From: an uncultured Candidatus Woesearchaeota archaeon
GTDB taxonomy: Archaea > Nanobdellota > Nanobdellia > Woesearchaeales > B29-G15
DNA: 64,000 bases
Direction: 5' to 3'
Assembly: GCA_903915225.1 (NCBI GenBank)
Contig: CAIWSB010000080.1
Location: forward strand, 21,459 to 85,458
Part shown: piece after piece, positions 1 through 9,081 of the stretch
How positions within the stretch are numbered: the first letter of the stretch is position 1
Layout: each line of letters opens with the position of its first letter
Notes under the pieces: generated by a model
What the model saw: the letters and a program-made list of their open reading frames with translations, nothing else
Database searches by the model: none
Told to the model about the DNA's origin: nothing
Translations under genes and position numbers: made by a program

Positions 1-1194
1 GTGCATAAAGGCAAGTTCTACGCGCTGCCACAATCCCCTCAGCTATACAAGCAGCTACTAATGATTTCCGGGCTTGACAGGTATTTCCAGATTGTGAAAT
101 GCATGAGGGATGAGGATCTAAGGGCAGACAGGCAGCCCGAATTCACTCAGTTCGACATGGAAATGTCCTTTGTGAATGAGGAGGATATTTTTGCAGTTAT
201 TGAAGGGATGATGAAGCTAATTTGGGAGGATATTCTGCACCAGGAAATCAAGACACCGTTCCTCAGAATGAAGCATCACGATGCAATGGAAAGGTTTGGG
301 ACAGACAAGCCAGATATGCGGTTTGGCATTGAGCTTCAGGATATTACCACGTTTGCAAAGGAATGTGGTTTTAGGATACTTGAGGAGATTGCTAGTGCAG
401 GGGGCACGGTCAAGGCAGTTGTTGCACATGTTGAGCCAAACAAGAAACTCTCGGAAAACCTTTTGGCAGCTGTTAAGGCTAACAAGGGTAAAGGCGTAGT
501 GGAGCTTTATTTTACGGGTGCAGGATTGGAAGGTGCAAGTGCAAAGCACTTCAGCGAAAAGTCCGTTGAAGGGTTGAAGAAACAGCTGAAGCTGGAAAAA
601 GGCGATCTTGTAGTGATTGTTGCAGACAAGGACAGGCATGCTGCAAACAAGGCACTGGGCGCAGCACGCCTGGAATTGGGTAACGTTTGTTCCCCAGATA
701 AGAAAGGGTATGAATTCCTTTGGGTTACTGAATTCCCGCTCATGGAATTCAGTGAAGAGGACCAGCGCTGGGTATCTGCGCATCACCCATTCACATCAAC
801 GGTTGACGAAGATCTTGATCTGCTTGAGAAAGATTTAAGCAAAATTAAGAGCAGAAGCTATGATGTTGTGCTCAATGGCACCGAGCTAGGGAGCGGCAGC
901 ATCAGGATTAACCGGCCGGATATACAAGCCCGAGTTTTCAAAGCTCTTAAGATTACTGATGAGGAAGCCAAGAGCAGATTCGGTTTTTTCCTCGAAGCCC
1001 TGAAGTATGGTACACCACCTCATGGTGGGATTGCCTTCGGAATGGATAGACTTGTTGCGCTCATCAGCGGTACACCGAGCATCAGAGATGTTATGGCTTT
1101 CCCAAAGAACAAATTTGCTGAAGAGCTAATGGTTGGGTCACCATCGGATGTTTCAAAGAAGCAGCTGGATGAGCTGGGATTGGGTCTAAAATGA
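1..1194 (+). CDS. aspS: Aspartyl-tRNA synthetase, bacterial type (with GAD insertion domain). C-terminal 397 aa only; the 5' end is cut by the window edge.
   Basis: Class IIb motifs [26 protein letters not shown] (motif 2) and [19 protein letters not shown] (motif 3), plus a bacterial-AspRS-style insertion domain between them. Frame is open from base 1. Confidence 0.85.
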   Translation: MHKGKFYALPQSPQLYKQLLMISGLDRYFQIVKCMRDEDLRADRQPEFTQFDMEMSFVNEEDIFAVIEGMMKLIWEDILHQEIKTPFLRMKHHDAMERFGTDKPDMRFGIELQDITTFAKECGFRILEEIASAGGTVKAVVAHVEPNKKLSENLLAAVKANKGKGVVELYFTGAGLEGASAKHFSEKSVEGLKKQLKLEKGDLVVIVADKDRHAANKALGAARLELGNVCSPDKKGYEFLWVTEFPLMEFSEEDQRWVSAHHPFTSTVDEDLDLLEKDLSKIKSRSYDVVLNGTELGSGSIRINRPDIQARVFKALKITDEEAKSRFGFFLEALKYGTPPHGGIAFGMDRLVALISGTPSIRDVMAFPKNKFAEELMVGSPSDVSKKQLDELGLGLK

Positions 1195-2498
1195 AAAGGG
1201 TAATGATTGGCGATGCAATTAAGGAAGGTAAGGGCAAGGTTCAACTCTGGGGCTGGGTACACAGGCAAAGAAACTCCAATGAGATGGCATTCATTGTGCT
1301 CAGGGATGCAAGCGGGATAATCCAGTGTGTTATCAAGAAAGCGGAAGTGGATAATGAGAGTTGGATAGCTGCCACAAAAGCCAATGTTGAATCCTCAATG
1401 GAGATATTGGGTGAGTTGAAGAAGGACGAGCGTGCCCCAACTGGTTTTGAAATTGTGGCTGAGAAAGTGAGGTTTATTTACAAGGGGGATGCATTCCCCA
1501 TAGCCAAGGACTTATCACCTGAATTCCTGCTTGATGTGAGGCACCTTTGGCTCCGCTCACAATACCTTTCTTCTATAATGAAGATACGATCAACAGTTAC
1601 CGGGGCAATACACGAGTTTTTCAGATTGCATGGATACTTTGAGTTTACACCACCTATCTTTACACCGGCAGCTTGCGAAGGGGGCTCGACGCTTTTTGAG
1701 GTCAAGTATTTTGAGAACAAGGTTTACCTGAGCCAGTCATGGCAGCTTTATGCAGAGGCCGCAATATTTGCATTGGAAAAAATCTACGACGTCTCGCCAA
1801 CATTCAGGTCAGAGAAATCCAGCACATCGAGGCATCTGGCTGAATTCTGGATGGCTGAGATGGAGGCTGCATTTATGGATTATAAGGAATGCTCTGAAGT
1901 GGCCAAGGACGAAGTCCAGTTCATTGTAAAGTCTGTGCTAAAGAAAAACCAGGAGGAGCTTAAGATATTGAAGCGCGATGTATCAAAACTCGAGCCTGCA
2001 GCCACAAAGAAATTCCCAACCCTTACATACACCCAGGTATTAAAAATGCTGAAGGAAAAACGCGGGCTTGATGTAAAATGGGGCAAAGACTTGCGCACAA
2101 TTGAGGAGAGGGAATTGATGTCCATGTTCGACACGCCAGTTATTGTTACCCATTATCCAAAGGAGATTATGGCATTCTACAAGCCGGTGGATGCAGAGGA
2201 TAAGGAGGCCCCGCGCCCGGTTGCTAAATGCTTTGACATGCTTGCACCGGAAACTTATGGTGAAATTGTTGGTGGCTCTGAGAGGGACACTGACATTGAG
2301 GCCTTAAAACAAGCACTTGAGGCTGGCGGAGAGAAGGTTGAGAACTACGATTGGTATTTTGATCTAAGGCGATTTGGCTCTGTCAAACACTCAGGCTACG
2401 GCCTCGGTGTTGAGCGAGTTATTGCATGGATATGCGGGCTTGAGAACATTCGCGATGCAATACCATTCCCCAGGACAATGGACCGGTGGAAGCCTTAG
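1191..2498 (+). CDS. asnS: Asparaginyl-tRNA synthetase
   Basis: [24 protein letters not shown] and the C-terminal [30 protein letters not shown] match AsnRS closely ([18 protein letters not shown]). N-terminal OB-fold anticodon-binding region present. ATGA overlap with aspS. Confidence 0.8.
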   Translation: MKRVMIGDAIKEGKGKVQLWGWVHRQRNSNEMAFIVLRDASGIIQCVIKKAEVDNESWIAATKANVESSMEILGELKKDERAPTGFEIVAEKVRFIYKGDAFPIAKDLSPEFLLDVRHLWLRSQYLSSIMKIRSTVTGAIHEFFRLHGYFEFTPPIFTPAACEGGSTLFEVKYFENKVYLSQSWQLYAEAAIFALEKIYDVSPTFRSEKSSTSRHLAEFWMAEMEAAFMDYKECSEVAKDEVQFIVKSVLKKNQEELKILKRDVSKLEPAATKKFPTLTYTQVLKMLKEKRGLDVKWGKDLRTIEERELMSMFDTPVIVTHYPKEIMAFYKPVDAEDKEAPRPVAKCFDMLAPETYGEIVGGSERDTDIEALKQALEAGGEKVENYDWYFDLRRFGSVKHSGYGLGVERVIAWICGLENIRDAIPFPRTMDRWKP

Positions 2499-2500
2499 GC

Positions 2501-3268
2501 TTACCTTTTCCAAGTCTTTGCTATTCCTATAACCCCTGCAATCACAAGCGGTATTGAGAGCCATTGACCCATGGAAATTCCAGCAATAACTATTTCTGGG
2601 CTCCTAAAGAATTCAATTATAATCCTAAATACACCATAGAAAAGCATGAAGCTGAAAAACAAAAAGCCGTCCTTTCGACTCTTGCTTTTTGAGAGTACCA
2701 GCAGGGAACCAAAAATGATTAGGTTTTTTACAATCTCGTATATTTGTGAAGGGTGCCTCGCAACGGTTCCGGCATCCGGCGCTTGCGGAAAGTAAACCCC
2801 CCAGGGAAGATTTGTTGGCTTCCCCCATAGCTCGCCGTTTATGAAATTTCCAAGCCGACCAAATGCAAGTGCAACCGGGATTGGCATTATGAACAGGTCA
2901 GCCATTTTTAGGAACTTGAGTTTCTGTTTTCTGCAATATAACCAAGCCAAGAGAATCCCAAGCAGGAATCCTCCGTGGAAAGACATTCCCCCTTCCCAAA
3001 TTTTGATGATTGCAACAGGGTTTTTCAGAAAGAAGATGGGGTCATAGAAGATGCAATAAAACAGCCTGCCCCCTACGATAAGTCCCAACACTAAATAGAA
3101 TATTATATCATTAATCTGCTCTTCAGTTACCTTTATCTTATGGGCTTTGGCATACCACCTGGCAAAAAAGTAGCAGAAGATTATGCCTATTACATACATT
3201 ACCCCATACCATCTCACATCCAGCTGCCCAACGTGAAAAAGCACGGGATTGATTGCATGGTGAAACAT
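2501..3268 (-). CDS. lgt: Prolipoprotein diacylglyceryl transferase (Lgt), bacterial type
   Basis: Polytopic membrane protein with the Lgt signature GRLGNFINGELWG...RHPSQIYE and a YGVMYVIGII N-terminal helix. ATG start confirmed. Confidence 0.8.
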   Translation of the reverse strand: MFHHAINPVLFHVGQLDVRWYGVMYVIGIIFCYFFARWYAKAHKIKVTEEQINDIIFYLVLGLIVGGRLFYCIFYDPIFFLKNPVAIIKIWEGGMSFHGGFLLGILLAWLYCRKQKLKFLKMADLFIMPIPVALAFGRLGNFINGELWGKPTNLPWGVYFPQAPDAGTVARHPSQIYEIVKNLIIFGSLLVLSKSKSRKDGFLFFSFMLFYGVFRIIIEFFRSPEIVIAGISMGQWLSIPLVIAGVIGIAKTWKR

Positions 3269-3329
3269 TATTTGGGATAAATGGAAACAATATTTAAATT
3301 AAGCGGATTGACGCAACAAAAAATTTATA

Positions 3330-4670
3330 ATGGGTGGAGGTATCGTTGACTCAATGTATGAGATAATACTTGGGCGGGATGAAGAGGACAGGAAGCGTTT
3401 TGGAATAAAAGGCACAATTCTCGTTGGCAAGCATTATGTAAAAATGGGTGAAACGACATCGCTCTCAAATGATGTCCTTATGGATGTTGTGAGGAGCCAT
3501 GTGGTGTTTGTGTGTGGAAAGAGGGGTTCGGGTAAGAGCTATACCATGGGTGTAATCGCCGAGGGTATGGCAAACCTCCCAAAGGCTATAGGCAGGAATA
3601 CATCTGTGCTTATTTTTGATACAATGGGGGTTTACTGGACCCTAAAATACAAAAACAAGAAAGAGGATAAGGACCTTAGGGAATGGAAGCTTGAGCCCCA
3701 AGGGTTTGATGTTCGGATTTTCACACCCCATGGATTCTTCCAGGATTTTAAAGACAAGGGTATTCCAACTGATTTCCCATTTTCAATAAGCCCAATAGAG
3801 CTTGAGCCCGCAGATTGGTGCATGACATTTGGAGTGTCTATTAATGACCCGGTGGGTGTGGCAATTGAAAGGGTAATCGCCCCGCTTAAGAAGACCAAGA
3901 AGGAATTTTCTCTGGATGATGTAATAAAAGAGATTAACAAGGATCCCAAGCTGGATCCAAAGGTAAAAAATGCAGCTGAGAGCAGGTTTGAGGCGGCCAA
4001 AGAATGGGGGCTTTTCAAGAAGGATGCAACCCCAATCAAGGATTTGGTTTCAAGGGAGAAAATAACTGTTCTGGACATAAGCTGCTATGCCTCGGCCACA
4101 GGCGGCGAAAATCTACGCGCGCTGGTCATTGGCATGGTCTCCCAGAAACTCTTCGCTGAGCGAATGCTTACCAGGAAAGAGGAGGAATACAAGGAGATTG
4201 AGGAGGCCACCTCTATATTTGGAAAATCTGATGAGCTCTACCAGCTGGAGTTTCCACTGGTGTGGCTTATTGTTGATGAGGCTCATGAGTTTATCCCAAA
4301 TGATGATGTGACTCCAGCAACAAAACCTCTAATTACAATCTTGAGAGAGGGTAGGCAACCAGGTATTAGTCTCATCTTGGCATCACAGCAACCGGGTAAA
4401 ATTTCAACTGATGTGATGACCCAATCAGATATTGTGATATCCCATAGAATAACTTCTGAGGTTGACATAAAGGCTCTCGGGCTGCTAATGCAGAGTTATC
4501 TGCGCCAAGACCTGAACAAATTCTTGGACACACTGCCGAGGGATTCCGGGGCTGCGCTGGTTTTTGACGATACAAATGAGAGGATGTACTCGGTAAGAAT
4601 TAGGCCGAGGCTCAGCTGGCACGGGGGTTCTTCACCAACAGCCATGCAGGGCGAGGACATTGAGTTCTAG
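3330..4670 (+). CDS. HerA/FtsK-superfamily P-loop ATPase (DUF87-like)
   Basis: Walker A GKRGSGKSYTMGV, Walker B/DEAH box LIVDEAHEFIP, and arginine-finger region ILREGRQPGISLILASQQP, as typical of HerA/DUF87 ATPases. No NurA partner nearby. Confidence 0.55.
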   Translation: MGGGIVDSMYEIILGRDEEDRKRFGIKGTILVGKHYVKMGETTSLSNDVLMDVVRSHVVFVCGKRGSGKSYTMGVIAEGMANLPKAIGRNTSVLIFDTMGVYWTLKYKNKKEDKDLREWKLEPQGFDVRIFTPHGFFQDFKDKGIPTDFPFSISPIELEPADWCMTFGVSINDPVGVAIERVIAPLKKTKKEFSLDDVIKEINKDPKLDPKVKNAAESRFEAAKEWGLFKKDATPIKDLVSREKITVLDISCYASATGGENLRALVIGMVSQKLFAERMLTRKEEEYKEIEEATSIFGKSDELYQLEFPLVWLIVDEAHEFIPNDDVTPATKPLITILREGRQPGISLILASQQPGKISTDVMTQSDIVISHRITSEVDIKALGLLMQSYLRQDLNKFLDTLPRDSGAALVFDDTNERMYSVRIRPRLSWHGGSSPTAMQGEDIEF

Positions 4671-4749
4671 AAATTATAAGTCGTCTTTTTTGAGGGAAGC
4701 GAAACAGTTAAAAGTATGTTTGTGTTATTTATTTTAAGGGGGTGGGTGT

Positions 4750-5919
4750 ATGGAAAAACTGGCGAAAAAGTTTGTTACGCCTCAAGATTACCAAAGGCTT
4801 ATTTCTGAGCGACTCTATTCCCATCGTGGCTGGCTTCTCATGGTTCCATGCACCTCTGGACTTGAAATGTGCAGGAACATTGTGGCTGCATATGAGAGGA
4901 ACTTAAAGGAGAATGGAATTGATGACAAGCGAGTGCCAGTGGCTTACGGTGAATTTAAAGATGGCTCACCCGGAAGGGTTTTCTTAGACGGGGAGCTGCA
5001 AACAAGGCTGCCATGCCATGTTGCTGGCTCTGATGCTTATGTTGTCCAGTGCCTCCACAACAAACAGCTCAGCAAGAGCGTTAATGACAATCTTATGGAA
5101 CTGAAGTTAACCGGGCGAGCACTCAAGGTTCATGGAGCGAACCATATAACGGCCGTGCTGCCTTATCTGGCTTATTCGCGAGGGGATAAACCCACTTATA
5201 TGCAAAGAGAGCCGGTTACATCAAAGCTTGTTGCAGACGAACTGCTTAATGCAGGTTTTGATGCTGTTATTTCATATCATCCGCACACAGAGGCCGTGAG
5301 AGGATTCTTTGAGCCGGGAATACGTTTTATTCCAATAAACGGGCTTGACTTGGCAGTCTCAATTGCTTGGCAGTACAAGAACAGGAAGGATGCGATAGTT
5401 ATAGCCCCGGACGTTGGTTCGGGATCAACTGCAAGACATTTTGCCGATGGACTCGGGCTTGATTTTGCAATCTCAGATAAAACAAGAAAGGCAAATGGCG
5501 ATATTGACAGCCTTGGAATTCTGGGCCACCTTGAGGGTAAGAAGATTGGGATAGGCACCGAAGATGAAACTGTCACGTGCGATACTCTGTATCGGGCTTC
5601 AATGTGGTACCATCAGGCGGGGCTTGAGGAGATAATCTGGATTGTGTCCCACTTGAAAGTTGATGAGCGCATGGTGAAGGAGAATGGCAAGGTTTTAAAT
5701 GTGCTAAAAATGATGGAGGATATGCACACTAAATTCAATGTGACTACCATCCATACAACAGACAGCATACCTCAAACCGAGGCGTTCCAGAAGCTGGATT
5801 TCCTCAAGATACATATCATTGCAGAACGCCTAATGATTGCCATCAACCACCTCTTTTACGAAGTCTCTATCAGCGGCCCGTTCTGGCCGAACACCGAACA
5901 GCCCTTTTTCAAGGACTAG
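4750..5919 (+). CDS. prs: Ribose-phosphate pyrophosphokinase-like protein (PRPP synthetase fold) with a ~90 aa C-terminal extension
   Basis: ITAVLPYLAYSRGDKP and VISYHPHTEAVRGFF match the Prs motifs (PYLAYARQDK, NPHETHIKDFF). The PRPP loop is divergent (IGTEDETVTCDT instead of VDDIISTGGT). Confidence 0.55.
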   Translation: MEKLAKKFVTPQDYQRLISERLYSHRGWLLMVPCTSGLEMCRNIVAAYERNLKENGIDDKRVPVAYGEFKDGSPGRVFLDGELQTRLPCHVAGSDAYVVQCLHNKQLSKSVNDNLMELKLTGRALKVHGANHITAVLPYLAYSRGDKPTYMQREPVTSKLVADELLNAGFDAVISYHPHTEAVRGFFEPGIRFIPINGLDLAVSIAWQYKNRKDAIVIAPDVGSGSTARHFADGLGLDFAISDKTRKANGDIDSLGILGHLEGKKIGIGTEDETVTCDTLYRASMWYHQAGLEEIIWIVSHLKVDERMVKENGKVLNVLKMMEDMHTKFNVTTIHTTDSIPQTEAFQKLDFLKIHIIAERLMIAINHLFYEVSISGPFWPNTEQPFFKD

Positions 5920-5931
5920 GGCACGGTTGTC

Positions 5932-6360
5932 TTATTTTACTCGAGAATCGAGAGTTGTTAAGGGTTCTTGTTCGCAGAATTTGACGTAATCTCGTATTGC
6001 AGTCATTAGAGAATTAAACCCAGTTATATCTATTTTATTATATGCTGGGTCTACCTTGTGTTTAGCCCTTAAAGACACCCGGGTGTTACCTTCCTCACTA
6101 ACTGAGCTATAAACATGGAAATGGAGGCCCGAATAAAATAGACCCTTATAATTAGCCCATCCCTCTTTCTTTTCTAGGGGTGAAGAAGAGCTGATTTTGT
6201 CAATTGGTATCCCTTGGCTTAATAGATACTGCTGAAGAGAGTTGAGGTCGTGTGCACCAAGAATAACCAAATCTAAGTTTACATATGCCTTGTAGTTGTA
6301 GTGCATCTGCTTAAAATGAGCAACATACTTCTTGTCAGGCAATAGTTTTTCTAGCTCCAT
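5932..6360 (-). CDS. Hypothetical protein, tandem paralog A (142 aa)
   Basis: ORF with ATG start. It is paralogous to the adjacent upstream ORF, sharing the N-terminus M-x-LE-x-LPD-KYV and the C-terminus RDYVKxCEQEPLTTLDSRxK. Confidence 0.5.
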   Translation of the reverse strand: MELEKLLPDKKYVAHFKQMHYNYKAYVNLDLVILGAHDLNSLQQYLLSQGIPIDKISSSSPLEKKEGWANYKGLFYSGLHFHVYSSVSEEGNTRVSLRAKHKVDPAYNKIDITGFNSLMTAIRDYVKFCEQEPLTTLDSRVK

Positions 6361-6361
6361 C

Positions 6362-6772
6362 TTATTTCGCCCGTGAATCTAAGGTTGTTAATGGCTCTTG
6401 CTCGCAGAGTTTTACATAATCACGCAGGGCTTGCATAAGCTCAGATGCACCAGTACCGGACACTTTATAATCTGAGAATATTGCAGAATTTTTTGCTGTT
6501 AAAGATACAGTTGTTTGCCCGTTTTTTTTATGTGAAACTTGCAAGGAATACTTCACACCCCCCGAGAAATATCCGTTAAAACTTACAGCTTCTTCAGAGG
6601 TTTTCATTCCTTTAATAGGCACACCTTTCGCAAGAAGCAATTGCTGAAGCCCTGAAAAAGAATGCTGGCCAGGGATACTTAATTCATAATGGACATTATA
6701 AAGAACATTTCCCTCATGCTGTTTAAACAGGGATACATACTTCAAGTCGGGTAAATATTGTTCTAGCCCCAT
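6362..6772 (-). CDS. Hypothetical protein, tandem paralog B (136 aa)
   Basis: ATG start, GAGGT site upstream, and a 1-nt spacer to paralog A. Conserved termini are shared with paralog A. Confidence 0.5.
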   Translation of the reverse strand: MGLEQYLPDLKYVSLFKQHEGNVLYNVHYELSIPGQHSFSGLQQLLLAKGVPIKGMKTSEEAVSFNGYFSGGVKYSLQVSHKKNGQTTVSLTAKNSAIFSDYKVSGTGASELMQALRDYVKLCEQEPLTTLDSRAK

Positions 6773-6847
6773 TTTAATTACCTCTTAGACGAGATAATTC
6801 TACCTATTTATTAACCTTACGCAAATTTACTACTTAAGAATACTAAT

Positions 6848-7027
6848 TTATTTGACATTTGGCGGTGCCATTGATACAAAACTGGCAATAATCATCAGCA
6901 GGAACACAAGCCCGAAGGCAACTGCCCAGGGTAATGGAATCCTATCAAAGTATCCGTAAATAGCCACGAATAGGAACCCTAACAAACCCGTGAGCAGGAA
7001 ACTCTGCGGGAGCATTGTCTTTGCCAT
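6848..7027 (-). CDS. Small membrane protein (59 aa, two predicted TM helices), absent from the ORF track
   Basis: My manual translation gives MAKTMLPQSFLLTGLLGFLFVAIYGYFDRIPLPWAVAFGLVFLLMIIASFVSMAPPNVK. A GGTGAT SD lies 8 nt upstream, and the ORF starts 12 nt after the trpS stop. Confidence 0.35.
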   Translation of the reverse strand: MAKTMLPQSFLLTGLLGFLFVAIYGYFDRIPLPWAVAFGLVFLLMIIASFVSMAPPNVK

Positions 7028-7038
7028 ACAACATCACC

Positions 7039-8151
7039 TCATTTTTTGAAAATGAACTTTCCAATATTCTTTCTACCAGCCTCACGCCCAGCCTGGTGCT
7101 TTTCGAGGAATTTGTTAATGCGGGCCACAAGCTCGTTCTTGCACTCACCACAAAGGAGCTTTCCAGTAAGGCATGCCTGGCGCCTCTTCTCTAGCTCAGC
7201 ATCATCAGTCTCGAAAAGGAAGTAATAATATTTGAATACAGAGCAAAGGTTTGGCTGGCCACCCAACTTTCGCTGTTGGTCTATAGTCTCCCTACCGCCA
7301 GTGAGGGCGTTCCAAATCTTTCGCTTGACCTCATCTGGTTTGTCATTTGTGAAAATGGCTGTGTCGGGCAGCGAGGCTGACATCTTGTTACCCTGCTGGA
7401 GGCTGGGAAAAAAGATGTTGTGCAATGCTGCGGGCTTGTAATAACCCATCCTGGGGAGAACGTCTCTTGTGATCCTAAAATGCGGGTCCTGGTCTATGCC
7501 GTGGGGTATGAGGCAGGGGATGTTTTTTCCTGCTAATACTGAAGGCAAGAACGCGGGCACGGCTTGCATGCTTGTGAAGAATATCTGGCCAACATTTGTC
7601 TCATTTTGAAACCCGAAAACTGCGCGTACAACAGAGAACGTGATGCGCTTGGCAACTGAAAGGGCCAAGGGGTAAAGTGTGTCTGCACATTCTGTATCAA
7701 TTATTATCTTTGTGAGTTTTGGCTTAAAACCCAGGGCGATTAAATCCAGGGCGTTCTCATATGCGAAGTTGTTAGTCTCTTTGAGCGTGAGCTTATCGCT
7801 GAAGAGGAATTTCTCATCATCAGTCATCTGGAAATAGAGCTCAGCTCCAAACTTGTCCTGGAGCCATTTTGTTAGTATCCACGGAATCAAATGCCCTAAG
7901 TGAGTATGCCCTGACGGGCCACGTCCGGTGTAAAGAAAAAACTTGTTACCTTTTTCATATTCATCTAATAGCCAATCAAGATCCCTATGTGAAATGAAGA
8001 TACCTCTGCGAATCATGTAATGGAGCTCGCCAGTATGCTTCTCAAGCCGGGCAAGAATCTTATCTGTGAGTGGCTGAGTTCCAAACTCTTTTATCAGCTT
8101 CTCGTAATCCACATCCCCCGTGACTTCCCAAGGGGTAACCTTGAATGTCAT
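7039..8151 (-). CDS. trpS: Tryptophanyl-tRNA synthetase (archaeal/eukaryotic type)
   Basis: HIGH-class motif YTGRGPSGHTHLGHLIPWILTKWLQD and KMSAS (the KMSKS motif). Overall it resembles the eukaryotic/archaeal TrpRS core. Confidence 0.85.
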   Translation of the reverse strand: MTFKVTPWEVTGDVDYEKLIKEFGTQPLTDKILARLEKHTGELHYMIRRGIFISHRDLDWLLDEYEKGNKFFLYTGRGPSGHTHLGHLIPWILTKWLQDKFGAELYFQMTDDEKFLFSDKLTLKETNNFAYENALDLIALGFKPKLTKIIIDTECADTLYPLALSVAKRITFSVVRAVFGFQNETNVGQIFFTSMQAVPAFLPSVLAGKNIPCLIPHGIDQDPHFRITRDVLPRMGYYKPAALHNIFFPSLQQGNKMSASLPDTAIFTNDKPDEVKRKIWNALTGGRETIDQQRKLGGQPNLCSVFKYYYFLFETDDAELEKRRQACLTGKLLCGECKNELVARINKFLEKHQAGREAGRKNIGKFIFKK

Positions 8152-8170
8152 TGTGTGAAATACTCTGGGG

Positions 8171-8866
8171 CTAGTTTATAGATTTTTTGGTGGATATTAA
8201 ACCTTTCTCGCAGAGGCTCGTAAAACCCCCCGAAGCAAGGACAATGTGGTCCAGCAGGCGGAGATTGAGCATTAACCCGGCTTTTACAACGACCTCTGTA
8301 ATCTGAATATCCTCATCACTCGGCTCGGGTTCCCCCGAGGGGTGATTATGCACGAGGATCACAGAATGGGCGTTGCAGAGGAGAGCCGGCCTAAATATCT
8401 CTTTAGGGTCAACTATGTTCGAGTCCATGTTGCCCACAGAGATTATCTCTCTGCGGATGAACCTGTGCCTGGAGTTGAGGTAAATCCCAACAAGATGCTC
8501 CTTTCCACTCCTACGGATATCTTCACACAAAGCAATAGCATCAATTGCAGAATTAATTTTTTGGGACTTGTTTGTCTCCCCGAGTTTCAAACGCTTGAAG
8601 AGTTCGCCACAGGCAAGAAGCTGACAAGCCCGAGCGTTCCCTATCCCCTTAACGCTCACAAGTTCCTCATATTTTAAGGAGAAAAGAATCTTTTCAAGGT
8701 TTCTTTCCCTAAGGAGTTCAGCTGCTAACTCCAGCACACTCTTGCCATTACATCCAGAACCCAATATTATTGCTAAAAGCTCAGTTGTGCTTAGTGCCCC
8801 CGGGCCCGAATTCAGCAGCCTCTCACGGGGCTTTTCTGAGCGTGGAAGGTCATTTATTCTGAACAT
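8171..8866 (-). CDS. radC: RadC-like JAB/MPN-domain protein (UPF0758)
   Basis: N-terminal HhH region followed by the JAMM motif HNHPSGEPEPSDEDIQIT. Confidence 0.8.
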   Translation of the reverse strand: MFRINDLPRSEKPRERLLNSGPGALSTTELLAIILGSGCNGKSVLELAAELLRERNLEKILFSLKYEELVSVKGIGNARACQLLACGELFKRLKLGETNKSQKINSAIDAIALCEDIRRSGKEHLVGIYLNSRHRFIRREIISVGNMDSNIVDPKEIFRPALLCNAHSVILVHNHPSGEPEPSDEDIQITEVVVKAGLMLNLRLLDHIVLASGGFTSLCEKGLISTKKSIN

Positions 8867-9015
8867 ACTTCCTTGCCGCGAGAATTCTTTAATAATTCTA
8901 GGGAGAGAAATCCGGAGGGTATTCTGGTTGATTAAATTGTAGTTTGACGATTATTTCTCAACTAATATCACCTCTAAAGTGGTTAAAGCTTCTAATTGAA
9001 TTGAAGACTTCGAAA

Positions 9016-9026
9016 TTTATATATAT
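9016..9026 (+). promoter_or_regulatory. TATA-like box TTTATATATAT upstream of the giant surface-protein gene; GGTGA SD at 9071-9076
   Basis: An AT-rich TATA-like element ~55 nt before the ATG at 9082. The SD has 5-nt spacing to the ATG. Confidence 0.35.
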
Positions 9027-9081
9027 GTGCTCATTCTTGAACCATTATTTTAAACAATATATTTGATTTAAGGTGATTAGC

